Assembly (NCBI GenBank): GCA_034226945.1
Contig: CP120458.1
Span: 124,001-188,000 of the forward strand
From: Picochlorum sp. SENEW3
Lineage: Eukaryota
DNA: 64,000 bases
Direction: 5' to 3'
The translations under genes were made by a program, and so were the position numbers. Below, in pieces: positions 32,034-43,955 of this stretch. How positions within the stretch are numbered: position 1 is the stretch's first letter; each line of letters starts with the position of its first letter. The notes under the pieces were generated by a model that saw nothing but the letters and a program-made list of their open reading frames with translations, made no database searches and was not told where the DNA came from.

Positions 32034-33647
32034 ATGAGGATTATGGGCAATTCAGAGGGTGTTCTACAAGCAGAAGGGCGTACTACGACCCGTGCTGGGC
32101 ACACTGGTAACGCCGAGACGGAGGAACGCTGCCCTAGTATCAGTTCAGACGATGAATCAGGCCAAGATGAGTTGATAGAGAATGAAAATCATACAGTTGG
32201 TATAGAGAGTGAGAGAGTGGCGTCGTTGCCTGTGCGTGGGTTGGAAAAGCCTGCAGTTGGTTCGGGGTCTTTTGAGTTGGGACAAGAGTTGGCAGGTATA
32301 TCGTTGTTTTCTTCTTCTCCTTGTACATCGATAGGAAAGGATGGCGAGTTGACCGGGCAGGACAAGGCACGTGTTGGGGAGAGGGCCAAGCCACCGCCAT
32401 CGTATGTGTGTCCTATTGGTATGGATCTCATGGTGGATCCAGTGATTTTGGCGACGGGTCACACGTATGATCGATCGAGTATTGAGCGTTGGATTGATCA
32501 AGGGAATAAGACATGTCCGGTGACTGGGATGAAGCTGAGACATACGGAAATGACGCCAAACTTTGCTCTGCGGAGTGCAATTCATGAGTGGGCTGCAGAG
32601 CATGGTGTGCCATTACCTACAGAGGTGAAAACAAAAGCGCAGAGCAGTAAAGTTATTGCGGCGCATCGTGATTCAGAAGATGGAGGGGAGGATGAGGGTA
32701 CTGTGATGAGTGGGCATGATGAGATTGTGTGGGCATTGGAGAAGAAGGGGAATTCACTGGTGACCGCATCTGCGGATTCCACGGTTCGAATATGGGATAT
32801 TTCTTCGAAGCGATGTACTCATGTATTGGAAGATCACAGGAGACCTGTTCTGTCCTTGGCGTCGACGGATGACTATATATTCAGTGGATCATATGATTAC
32901 ACAGTGAGGGTGTGGGATTGGGCCACACAGAGACGGGTTGCGACGTTGAGGGGGCATACAGACGCTGTCAGGGCCCTGGTTGTAGTTGGATCTCGGTCTC
33001 AATATGTATGCAGTGGATCGTATGATGGTACTCTGAGACTGTGGTCGATTGGGACATGGGAATGTGCCAAAGTGCTCAAAGGACACTCTGGCCCTGTCAG
33101 AGTCCTGGCGACATGTGGAGACAAGATATTCAGTGGATCGTACGATGGAACTGTCCGTGTGTGGGATAGTAGGACCCTGACATGCCTTGCTGTCTTGAAG
33201 GGCCACACATCGGCAGTGCGAGCACTCACATCGGTGGGAAGTTTGGTGTGCAGTGGATCGGATGATGCCACAGTTCGAGTTTGGGATGCCAACTCTTTGA
33301 CATGTATAGGAGTTCTCAAGGGGCATGAAGACAATGTTAGAGTGTTGAGCGCAACGGAAGACTTCATTTGCAGTGGTTCTTGGGATAAAACCGTCAGAGT
33401 GTGGTCCATCCCCAGTTTGCAGTGTGTTGCTGTGTTGCAAGGCCACACTGAAGCCGTCTTGGCATTGACGGCTGAGAAGGACTTTGTTGTTTCGGGATCA
33501 TATGATGGTACATTGAGGGTTTGGGACTCAGAAACATGGAGATGTACGCGATGCTTTGACAAGCACGAGGATGCAGTTCGGGTACTGGCATCAGCTGGTA
33601 CCCGCATTTTCAGTGGATCCTATGATGGGGGAGTTGGAATTCTATGA
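32034..33647 (+). CDS. U-box E3 ligase with WD40 repeats
   Basis: PPSYVCPIGMDLMVDPVILATGHTYDRSSIERW..TCPVT U-box followed by about 8 GH..SGSYD.TVRVWD repeats. Confidence 0.92.
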   Translation: MRIMGNSEGVLQAEGRTTTRAGHTGNAETEERCPSISSDDESGQDELIENENHTVGIESERVASLPVRGLEKPAVGSGSFELGQELAGISLFSSSPCTSIGKDGELTGQDKARVGERAKPPPSYVCPIGMDLMVDPVILATGHTYDRSSIERWIDQGNKTCPVTGMKLRHTEMTPNFALRSAIHEWAAEHGVPLPTEVKTKAQSSKVIAAHRDSEDGGEDEGTVMSGHDEIVWALEKKGNSLVTASADSTVRIWDISSKRCTHVLEDHRRPVLSLASTDDYIFSGSYDYTVRVWDWATQRRVATLRGHTDAVRALVVVGSRSQYVCSGSYDGTLRLWSIGTWECAKVLKGHSGPVRVLATCGDKIFSGSYDGTVRVWDSRTLTCLAVLKGHTSAVRALTSVGSLVCSGSDDATVRVWDANSLTCIGVLKGHEDNVRVLSATEDFICSGSWDKTVRVWSIPSLQCVAVLQGHTEAVLALTAEKDFVVSGSYDGTLRVWDSETWRCTRCFDKHEDAVRVLASAGTRIFSGSYDGGVGIL

Positions 33648-33853
33648 TATTGTGATTTATTTGTGTAAACTATTACTGTGATGATGATATCGGAGAAACG
33701 ATAGCAAGAGCTGCTACAATTGCACTCGTTGAGCAGCATTGGCCTTTGAGAACTCACAAGTATCAGGGTTGCTACCAACCAAGGGACGCCATGGTCTATG
33801 TAACCCATTAAGTAAAGAAAACGAATGATATATGGTACATACTGACAAGCTCG

Positions 33854-36044
33854 ATGGAGAAACAAATGTCGTGGGCACACGTTGCTGCAAAGAATAGTCA
33901 AAAGCCTCAAGAGCAGGAGAAGCCAGAGGCGAGCACTGGGAACGAATGGGTTGACGTCAACACCAGTGGTAGATTCCAAGGGAGGATTGATATACAGGGA
34001 GACAAGAGACAGCGGCAAATGGCCCTGCTAGAACAAGCTTTGAAAAGTCCTCAGGATGCTGTCTCAGGTATGCCTTGTGTAAGCAACCCACATGTAGGTT
34101 GCATTTGGCTGAATGGCTTGTTCCATTTACATTGAGCCATTCGTAAGATGGAAGCCATGAAATTTATTCGTATGTCTCATTATGAAATGTGTGTATACAG
34201 GTGCTCGGTGGTGTTTAGGGTGTGGGAAAAGGTACAATGATGTGTTTACATTGGCTCAACATATCAAGGATAAGCACGGGGGCATCAATTCCAGTGATAA
34301 ATCTAGTGATACTGGGCAACGTGGTCAGGATGTTATGTCAGATTACATGTTTCCCCATTTGGGTGCTTTGCAGGCCTCATCATCACCTCCTCATGGTAGG
34401 AGTTCTGCTGTTGACAAGAGAAATGGTGCTAGTAGTTCCAGAGATGTGCCTGCAAAGGTCCATGAAGCACGCAGCACCGTACAGAGAGGTAAAAGACGAG
34501 AGAAAAAGATGACGACGTTGAAAAAAGCTTACCTGAAGCAGAAAGCTGCAAGGATGACACATGTTTGGACGGAAATCATTCAGTTGTTGACTGAGAAGAT
34601 TGCTCACGTGGAGGAGTTGAATGAAGCACTCGAGAAGCAGATAGAGATGTTTGAAGAAACGAAATGCAACACAGAGCCTATGTGGAGAGAACTTCAGACT
34701 TTGAAGGAGAGCCAGGTGATATTGTCGGATCAATTGAAACAGTTGCTCACCATGAAGGCATTGTGCCAGGAAAAGCTGAAACTTGTCGAGATATCTCTGA
34801 AAAGAAAGATGCACCGCGCAAGTAAAACGATTCGAAAAGAAGACGTTATACAGGACGGGTCACAGGATGAAGTTATTGATCTACTTGTAAGTGATATGAC
34901 AGACGCCTTGAGTTCTCAGCCACCACAAGCATTGAGTGATGATGGTGATGAGGTACAAACACGCGAATGGCAGGATAGCGTCTCTGGTGTAGAATCCTCA
35001 CTTTGCCTTGATGATATGAGCGAGAGTTCATCATCCAGTGATGAAAGCTTTGACTTGCAATGGGGCGATACATTGTACAGTTGGGCACAAAATATGGGGC
35101 ATGGCCAGTTGAGAGGTGTATCCCAGACGCGACACACAACTTCTGTGGAATCGTTTCCAGTAGTTCTAACGCATGCTGGAAGCCCTAAGCGTGGAATAGT
35201 AGGAAAAACGGGCGACGTCAATCCAGCAGTCACCAAGTCTGTCAGGGTCATCTCCACAAGGTTTACAACATCATCTGCCTCGAATGAGCAAGACAAGTCA
35301 GTCTATTCGGGTGCATTGAATGCACACTCCACGGATGAAATGAAATTTCCCATTGTTCAGCACGGTTCTACTGCAGTAGCTGACCGCTCTTCTCAACTTA
35401 GCAAAGGCACACATCCAGAGATAGATGGATGCAATGAAGCCATGCCTGGGTTACAAACATGGCTGGAACATATAGAGTCTTCAAGCCACAGGAAAAACTT
35501 GGAGAAGGAGACAATGAAAGATATGATATTCGATACTGGTGAGATCCCTTTGTCGAAGGAGGGGAACCTCTCTGTTCAGCCCAAGCGGTACACGGGGAAT
35601 CAGGCTGATGTAGAGTCATATGTTGATCAACTGATCACCGATGAGGGGAATCAAAAGGTCTCAGCACTGTTACAGAAATTGATAGCGTGGCAGGAGAGAA
35701 CTAGACAAATGGATCCCGTGAATGCGAAGAAGAAGAGGAGATATGTCTGTGGTATGCGAGAAGCCTCAAAAGCAGTTAAACTTGGCAAGGCTCTTGCAGT
35801 GATTGTGGCGCCAAACATCCAGCCCTTGCCATTGAACGGCGGATATGCTTATCCAATCAGTGCATTATTAGAAGAGTGCAGAGAAAAGAAGGTGGATATC
35901 ATTTTTGCATTGAGCAGAAGAAAGATGGGTAAACTTCTAGGTCAGAGGAAGAATGCAAGTTTGTTTGCCTTGCTCAATGTCAGCGGAGCTGAGAATGACT
36001 TGAAACTGCTGCAGACTATGGCAAAAGACTTGAAAGTTACATGA
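33854..36044 (+). CDS. SBP2: SECIS-binding protein 2-like (L7Ae domain), 2 exons (intron ~34068-34200)
   Basis: LLQKLIAWQERTRQMDPVNAKKKRRYVCGMRE..K..LGK..VIVAPN..IFALSRRKMGK matches the SBP2 RNA-binding domain. Confidence 0.8.
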
Positions 36045-36111
36045 ATTGATGTAAAGATCTATGAACAGTGTTTTTAAGAGTATGTATTACGATAAAATTT
36101 CTGGGTTAGTG

Positions 36112-38200
36112 TCACTTTGCTGCGGCATCTGAGCCAGCAATGTAGCCCCAGAGGCTTGTCTTTGGCTTTCCATTCATCTCCTCTCGTTCGCGATACCGTT
36201 GTAGCTCGCTTTCCAATTCCTTGACCTTGGCGGCTTCTTTCTTGAGCTCAGCAATTTCCACCTGTAAATGCATGTTCTTCTGTTCCTCTTCTGAAAGCGC
36301 TTCTCTGGCAGCTGCTGCCAACTTCTCTGCTTTCTGAACGGCTTCGTTCGCACTTTCCAATTGTTTGCGCATGATAGATACCTCCAGTGAGTTTGCTTCT
36401 TTTCGAGCAGCGGCCTCGCGCTTTGAAGCCTCCGCCTCCTCCAATGGCTCGCTGTCTTTGCTTGCTAATGATTTGGAGCTTTCTCTGTTCCCACCTTCCT
36501 CCAAGCCTTTCTTGCCAATGTCCTGCAAAGACTCCAGGACATAATTTTCAGGTCTATACACGTGGACTGCGTTGTGATATTTTCCATTGTATCCTCCAAA
36601 TGATATCAGGCACCCAGCCATGGGAACACAGAGCAGGCTGAGACCTTCAGATGCAATGGCAGCCTCTGCTGGGGTGTTGCCCACCAGTACCCATTCGAGA
36701 GGACTGCTTCCAAAATTCTTCAAATCTAACGCATACATATCCGCACATCCTTTTGTGTTATTGCCTCCACCTATCATGTACATGACAGACCCCAGCAATG
36801 CCGAGGCATGTCCGGCTCTCACAGGGGGAACAGGCCCAGTCATTTCTGGCCAAATCCAGGACATGGTCTGCGTGTCAAGCACAACAAGATCGTTATAGCA
36901 ATTCGCTATACTTCCACCTCCAAATATTACCACGTAACGGTCCTGGTACGTTACTGCAGAATGAGATGACCTCGCTACCGGAGCCTGACCTGCAACATCT
37001 GGTTTTGACCATGTCATGGATTCCAAGTCAAGTACCCAGAGTTCATCCAACGGGCTTCTGTTGGGCGTCTCACCTCCAAATATGTACACCTTCGACCCGA
37101 TGAGGCTCCCGCTATGCCCCCCTCTCTGCAAAGGACCAGAAGAAAGGCCATCCTCCGCTGCAGTTTCAACCAAGGACCACTCCTTTGAAACAGCGCCAAA
37201 AGAGTACACGTTCATCAGAGAGAATTCTTTGACTTTTCCTTTCGTGCGTTCCAAACGCTCGTGACCCCCAATCAGCAGGACGTCCCCACTGTAAGGAACC
37301 GCAACATGTCCAGCACTCGCAGGAAAGGCGGTTCTCTCACCCTCTTCAGCATTCTGCTTTCCTGAGATTCGTGACCAACACAAACTCTCCAAATCAAAGC
37401 ACCACATATCCGACAGATATCTTCCCGCATAATTCCCTCCCATCAAAAACAAAAGATTCCCCACCAGAGCTGCAGAGTGCTCATACCGAGGCGCTGGCCT
37501 GCGTGTCTCATCAATATACGGAGACACCCATGACCCTTCCACCAGAACTTCTGCCACAGACCTTCGCTTTACAACAGATTCAGAACCAGACGTATCCTTA
37601 CGGAGACCCTCCTGTTCCTCCTCCTGCTTCCCATCCGACATATCTGCAGACTTGAAAATCTCTTCCTCCATCAACTCTGGACTCCACCACTCAGACACCT
37701 CTTCCTCCAATGTCCTCACAAATAGCCTCATAGCCTCCATCTTGGACATCTCCCCCAATTGTTTCCATGATTGCCACTTGGCATTGTTCACCACATTCCA
37801 TCCCCAAGGTTTGGGTTCGTTGCAAGGCCCCTGCAATCACCACCACTCAATCACACCCATGTACAATTGATCTGATGAATAAGAAATGTACTAATCGTAC
37901 CACAAGAGACTGCTTCTCCAGCGCATACAAGAGTAATTTGCTCTCTTCATGTAACCCTGCACAAGATCACCCACGCACCTCACATATCAGCGTCAGAGAC
38001 CATTTGATATGCACAAATACAAGTGTATGGAATGTATTGAAACGCACCATGGGTGCCTTTTTGCACAAATGCTCGAGCAGCATGGAATCGCTCTGGATAC
38101 GACAAAGGGCACGTCGAAGACATTCTCTGCACCTATTCTTTTTCTTCTTCTTGTTTAGATCAATAATAATTGAACCAGATTCTGATGCTATCGACTCCAC
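36112..38200 (-). CDS. Acyl-CoA-binding domain + Kelch repeat + coiled-coil protein (ACBP4/5-like), multi-exon, start uncertain
   Basis: LLLYAL..Q..|GPCNEPKPWGW..AKWQSWKQLGEMSKMEAMRLFV ACB domain, Kelch GG repeats, and C-terminal LWGYIAG. Confidence 0.85.
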
Positions 38201-38496
38201 CCAAAGGAGACAGTCTCGGTTTGCTGCGACGAACTCAGATCAGAATAAATCTCTTGGCAGAGATACGCAGATGCCGATTCGATCGATACACAAACATATG
38301 ACTATTACAAAACAAGTCAGAAAATGAATGGCAGTGCGTCCGATGGGGAACAAGGTTTATTCATGGAACTCATTCATTGTACACATTCTGGTTCCACATT
38401 GGACTTTCCATTGTGGAACTACTAGTACGGTATACCATATATATATATATGACTCCTCATATGATATGAAGGACCCATGCATGGGAGAATGCTCCA

Positions 38497-39642
38497 TCAT
38501 GATGTATCCAAATTCATCTCTTCTACCCTATTGCGTGCACTTTCCTCCATCAGGACCTGGTCTGTAATGCTATCACAGACTCTGTCAACTGTGTCAGAGG
38601 AGGATAGAGGGGGAGCTGCAGTCCCTCGAGTTCTGGCTTGCTGCAGTATGTTTTCAATGGATTGCACGTCAATGGGGCACATGCTTTCCGTCATCTTCTT
38701 CTCAATATCCTGAGCAGAGCATGGCCAGGGGCTCGAGTTGAGCCATGGATGACTGAACATGTGCTCTACATCAATTCTGTCCGAAGGATTCAACACAAAG
38801 ATTCTTCGCAGCAGATCTTTTAATGGATCTGAAATATTTTTAGGGATTTGATAATCCATCTTTGCTATCCTAGAAATCACTAATGGCACGCTGTTGTATG
38901 CGACTGGGCCATCCCCAGGCTTTTCAAAGGGAAACTTGCCAGTCACCATTTTGTACAAGCACACTCCCATTTCCCAAACATCAACGGTGTTGCCAAACTT
39001 GGATTTATCTTCCCCAGATAAGAGCTCTGGGGGCATGTATGGTAGGGATTTGAATGCCTCTCTTGGATCCGAATTGATTTGATCATGGCTGCTGTACATG
39101 AAATCCTGAAGCACAATCCCGCCAGTCTGGTCGTCGAATATAATATTATTGATCTTGATATCTCTATTCGTATACCCGCTATCATGCAAAAACTTGGTCG
39201 CCAGGAGCAATTGCTGAACAATGTTCCTGGCAACATCCTCAGACACAGGCCCTTCTGTATCAATCCTCTTCTCCAGGCTGCATCCAGGGACATACTTCAT
39301 CACAATGGCCAGATACCCGGGGGTCAGGAAGACTTCTTTGAGTTCAGCAATGTATGGATGTCCATAGCACATGAAATGTGCCAACAGCTCTCGTGCAACC
39401 ATATCACTCACGCCCCTTTCCACCAACTTGATCACCACCTCTTCTTTCGTCCGAGTATGTATCGCAAAGTACGTTCTCACAACCATACTCTTCGATTCAT
39501 CCTTGATCGGGTGATATGGTGTACACCCCAAGAATGGACAGTCTTCGAAAACTGACAAGAGTTGTGACGTCGAGAGGTTCGCATGGTCGTGAAATTTGGA
39601 TACACGCCTCTCCATGCTTAAGAAACTATGAAATGAATACAA
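38497..39642 (-). CDS. Divergent SNF1/SnRK-like kinase, possible pseudokinase
   Basis: VVIKLVERG, HPYIAELKEVFLTPGYLAIVMKY and DVW..GV.LY.MVTGKFPF; catalytic motifs are altered (NRDIK, DFM, PPE). Confidence 0.75.
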   Translation of the reverse strand: MYSFHSFLSMERRVSKFHDHANLSTSQLLSVFEDCPFLGCTPYHPIKDESKSMVVRTYFAIHTRTKEEVVIKLVERGVSDMVARELLAHFMCYGHPYIAELKEVFLTPGYLAIVMKYVPGCSLEKRIDTEGPVSEDVARNIVQQLLLATKFLHDSGYTNRDIKINNIIFDDQTGGIVLQDFMYSSHDQINSDPREAFKSLPYMPPELLSGEDKSKFGNTVDVWEMGVCLYKMVTGKFPFEKPGDGPVAYNSVPLVISRIAKMDYQIPKNISDPLKDLLRRIFVLNPSDRIDVEHMFSHPWLNSSPWPCSAQDIEKKMTESMCPIDVQSIENILQQARTRGTAAPPLSSSDTVDRVCDSITDQVLMEESARNRVEEMNLDTS

Positions 39643-39898
39643 ATACGCCTGTAGCTCGGCGTCTGTGTAAAGACAAGGGTTCTTCAGTGGGATGACTGAC
39701 AGGCAGTGGCAGTAGTTTTACGACCGCGTATACCAACGCATACTCAATATGAATCAATTTTTAACATATAATAATATCAATGTAATGCCAACAACACACT
39801 GTGCTCTATGTTGGAGTAGTCTCTCTCTACAATGCGAAGCAAGCAATCGATCTGGTCAAACCAGATCTGGTATCAAAATCTGTTTGTTTCATTTACAC

Positions 39899-40786
39899 CT
39901 ATTCATCAATATCAACATGTGACAGAGTCCACATGCCCTCTTTGGTATTCCTCTTTCTCTTCTTCTTTCCATCATTCTCCACCTCGGATGATCCGCACGT
40001 TTGGGCAAGCCATTCATCAATGGCCACATTGCTGAGGCGATCTGCCTCCTTGTTGAATTCGCGGAGTACATGCTCTGCCTCAAAGCTCTCAAATGACTGA
40101 ATCAACGCCATGGCCTTCTCATGATACTTTTTCAAAATGTCATTCTTGACGGCCCATTTCCCCAGTACCTGATGGATTACAAGTTTTGAATCACCCCTCA
40201 CTTTGACTTTCTTGAATCCCATGCCTTTCATGGCATGCAATCCAGCCACCAATCCGGCATATTCTGCCTGATTGTTTGTATTTTCATCTCCTATATATCC
40301 GGTCAACTCTTTTACTACATTTCCTGTGTCGTCATCGTAGATGACAGCTCCAAATCCTGATGGTCCAGGATTTCTTCTGGAGGCACCATCAAACTCTAGC
40401 CTCCCTGTCGAGGATACGGACACCGCTGATTCCACCCTATCCAGATGTTTGACCTGATTGCTATCCATACCATGCTCTTTGAGGAACGTCTGGGCCTCGT
40501 CCTTGCCCGCAAATCCCTTGTACAGGTTGTCAGAGTACCCTTTGACTTGCTGTTCGCAAGACTCCCATGTACCGTACAATCCAGGATGCCTACCCCTCAC
40601 AACAGCATAATATTTCCTTTTCTGACTCGACATGATGATGGTACGAGGCGATAGAGTGCCGTGTGCACAGGGGGATTTTGTTCGTCTAGGAATGCTATTC
40701 AGTTTCCCCCACCACTGCAGGGGGCGAGGGTTCAATAAAGTTAGTATATTACCGCTACATGAAAATTTATGTATCAACGCAACCAT
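39899..40786 (-). CDS. Ribonuclease H1 with N-terminal hybrid-binding (viroplasmin-like) domain
   Basis: KYYAVVRGRHPGLY.TW..C..QVKGY..YKGF followed by FDGASRRNPG, TNNQAEY, GDSKLV and NKEADRLSN. Confidence 0.92.
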   Translation of the reverse strand: MVALIHKFSCSGNILTLLNPRPLQWWGKLNSIPRRTKSPCAHGTLSPRTIIMSSQKRKYYAVVRGRHPGLYGTWESCEQQVKGYSDNLYKGFAGKDEAQTFLKEHGMDSNQVKHLDRVESAVSVSSTGRLEFDGASRRNPGPSGFGAVIYDDDTGNVVKELTGYIGDENTNNQAEYAGLVAGLHAMKGMGFKKVKVRGDSKLVIHQVLGKWAVKNDILKKYHEKAMALIQSFESFEAEHVLREFNKEADRLSNVAIDEWLAQTCGSSEVENDGKKKRKRNTKEGMWTLSHVDIDE

Positions 40787-43104
40787 GATTGTACAGTATT
40801 AAAAAGTCAAGGTGGTGATGTCAAACTGCTGACACAAGAACGTCAGCATACATCCCATCTGTACCTCTATACTGTCATGGCCCGCTTTCAACTGATACTA
40901 GTATCAACGAAAAATAATTGGGGGTCACGAACTGCCCGCGAAGAGCTATGAATATCAATGCATTTAGCCAATACGCCTGGTCACGTATCTATGAACATGT
41001 ATGCCCATCGACTTCAAACTTTAATGGGAGGAGTAGCCAAGGTCGGCTAGTCCAAGAGTTGCCCTTCTGAACATTATTTTATGGGAGCCCACAACAAAAA
41101 ACCAGCCCTAACGAAATACACCCACGGGAGGCTCCACGGGTGGTGAGGTCACGATAGCCTGCTCACAGGGCCCATATAAAAGACAAATCCACGCAATATT
41201 CCATATATTCTGCATCAACGGGGTTGATGCAGACGATGCTCAATTAATTAAGGGGAACGTTCCTCTCAATCAATTGTCCGAACGCCACGATACCTCCACT
41301 GCAATCTATGGTATATTCCGTGATAAAAAAACACGACGAAGAATGCTACGCGCTACTAGTAATATAGAGAAGAATAAAAAAGCTTGCTTTAAGATATCTC
41401 GAGTATCCAATCGAACGGGGAAGGAGGATATCATGCTCTATTGAGAGAGTATGTCGATGATCTCCTGAAGAGCCTCTTCGTTGAGGAAGGAGAAGTTGTG
41501 TTCTCTCCTCATCCTGCACATATAGGATGCGGATCATTAACCGCAACATTATATTAACCTGCCATCAAAATCAAGTCGAATAGTTGGGTGAGGAAGGAGT
41601 GCTTGTACCCTACCTTGTGCTCCAGTCCACCAAAAAGGTGAATGCCTCGATTATTATAGCATCAGTTTCCTCATCTGGGGCATTGTCAATGGAATTGGAC
41701 AACCTCCTGAAGAATTCGGGCAAAGTAATGGACCTCTGGCCAGGCTCCGTTCCTTGAGCGCCTGCAAAAGTGCAAAAACAGCTGTTGAGTGCATATTGCT
41801 CACACGTGTCGTATTCAAATGCCCTAGACTGGTGAGATATGGGTCCCTGACATGTGATATGCGTCTGTACAGTATTAATATGGCATCATACCTGTCCCGT
41901 TGCCAAATATCTCCTCGAGTGAAGTTCCAAGATAGCCATATGGAAGCTCGTTGTCCACAAAAGCCGAGATTGGTCCTCCCTGCAGTTGTATGGCACCATA
42001 GGCGTCAGCACAGGTCCCTTTCGAGTTCCGAGATGCTGGGAAATGCATGATGATGGCTAGAAAGCGGTATTCAGCCCGTATATGATACAGTCTGATACGG
42101 CGTTACTGGAATATGTACGTCCTCGATCCCACACAACCCCTGATAGAAGTACAACAAGACCCCCCGACCCAACGCCGCAACCTGACGTCAACGCACCTGT
42201 GGCTGTGTGACCTCTTGCTGCACTTCCTCCTCATCAATATCGCTTCCATACACTCCTGTTTGAATAGATGCGTCCACGGATAGCGATGCATCCGACAAGA
42301 TTTCCGAGAGGATGCCGTCATTGGCGTCACCATTGGCCGTCACGGGAATAGGGATCCTGATAGGGGGAGCATAGGAAAGAATGGAAATGGCTCTTTTCGC
42401 TCTTAAAAATGCACTCAATCTCTCCTCTGGAGTCACGTGCCTCAGTCCATTCCGAAACTGGGGCATGATTGATCGGTCCCGGTTGTACTCGTTCTTCGCA
42501 AGCGCAGTATTCTTGAGATCTCAAGCTTCAAATACGTAGATAGATATATGTACCCTACGATGTACTAGTTAATAGATCAAATTATAGATTATGTGCACCT
42601 AGTTCTAATAGTAGGGTAATATGCAGACAGCGCATCCCGGCTCCGTACTACTAGAGATTCGCTCTCTGGTGATCCTGTCGCTGGCCAGGGTCGATCGTGG
42701 ATCTACATCGACGCCGTCATGCCTGGCATTGGGCATGGGAGGGCATCTGTTCCGAGAGACGTGCGCCTATACACACCGCAGATTGCCCTCATGAGGGAGA
42801 GCTTGATCAAGCAGAGGGGGGCATATTGCCCCCATCCCGCGATTGCATTCACCGAAGATGATGAAACAACTATTGGCATTCGTCATTCTAGTGTCTTTCA
42901 TACCATGTGTTGTGCCATAATCAATCACAAACGTATGCCATACCAGTATGTGGTATCAGGTTGGGGCAATAGGGCGTACATATGCGGTAGATTCGCACAT
43001 CAGCTGTGTTGTTTGTTCGGGATCAGTTTTGGGGTTGCATAGGTGCTAGAGGCCATCACAAATCCATCATTACAGTACTATATGATATCACAGAGTATAT
43101 GTGA

Positions 43105-43929
43105 ATGTATGCAATGGGCGTGAAGCTGCCTGGCTACTGTCAGAGGCGGGCCAAGGCCTTGGTCCCTCTTCCTGTGGATTGGAGTGTTGCAGGCGTCTTG
43201 CATTTTGTGGGATGTACTATGAACATGAAGCTGTTCGGTAAGAAGAAAGGAATGCGAGCCACGAGTGGAGCGTTGTGTATTCGCTCTAGGAGAGTACTGG
43301 CACTTGAGGATGGGGTGGACCAGAAAGTTAGTCCGTCTTTTGAGCAGGCGTATTTCCAGGGATTATCCATTCCATTCCGGGTCATGTCGAGGGCGTCAGG
43401 GCTGCTAGCTGCGGTATTTGGAAAGCGAGACAAGGATGATGGAGGATATCATGTGAGATTGATGGCTGCACTGCAGTCGAGGGCATTTACTGAAAAGAAT
43501 GATTTTGTCATGTTTGTGACATGGGTGAGGCAACGGGAGTCTGAAGAGGCTATAGCAGGAATTGTCACCCTATCAAAGGGGTTGAGTGCTTCTGGAGCGA
43601 GTGGATACGAGAGCGAGACATTTGCTGGTCCACACGTCTACTCTATATGCAACATGGCTGTGCGGGAGGACCTTAGAAGGCAGGGTATTGCTCGGACATT
43701 GTTATCGGAAGTAGAACGGTATGTCAGGAGTCTCATGCACGAGAATGAAAATGCTGTCTTGGTTCTGTCTGTAGAAAAGTATAGTGTGGAGGCCCGCCAC
43801 TTGTACACAGTGTGTGGATATTCTGTAGACGATGCATGGGAAGATCCCCGGTGGTTGGATTCCATCGATCGAGGCAGAGTCGACGTTCCCAGAAGGATAC
43901 TCATGTATAAAAGCATTAGAAATCAATAA
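43105..43929 (+). CDS. GNAT-family acetyltransferase
   Basis: ICNMAVREDLRRQGIA (motif A), and VEKYSVEARHLY..CGY. Confidence 0.82.
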   Translation: MYAMGVKLPGYCQRRAKALVPLPVDWSVAGVLHFVGCTMNMKLFGKKKGMRATSGALCIRSRRVLALEDGVDQKVSPSFEQAYFQGLSIPFRVMSRASGLLAAVFGKRDKDDGGYHVRLMAALQSRAFTEKNDFVMFVTWVRQRESEEAIAGIVTLSKGLSASGASGYESETFAGPHVYSICNMAVREDLRRQGIARTLLSEVERYVRSLMHENENAVLVLSVEKYSVEARHLYTVCGYSVDDAWEDPRWLDSIDRGRVDVPRRILMYKSIRNQ

Positions 43930-43955
43930 ATATATTTATGTATGTTTGTACAGCA

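Noticed and set aside
39899..40786. Retroelement- or virus-derived RNase H
   Set aside because: The hybrid-binding domain plus RNase HI is the normal cellular architecture in green plants, and no RT or integrase is adjacent.
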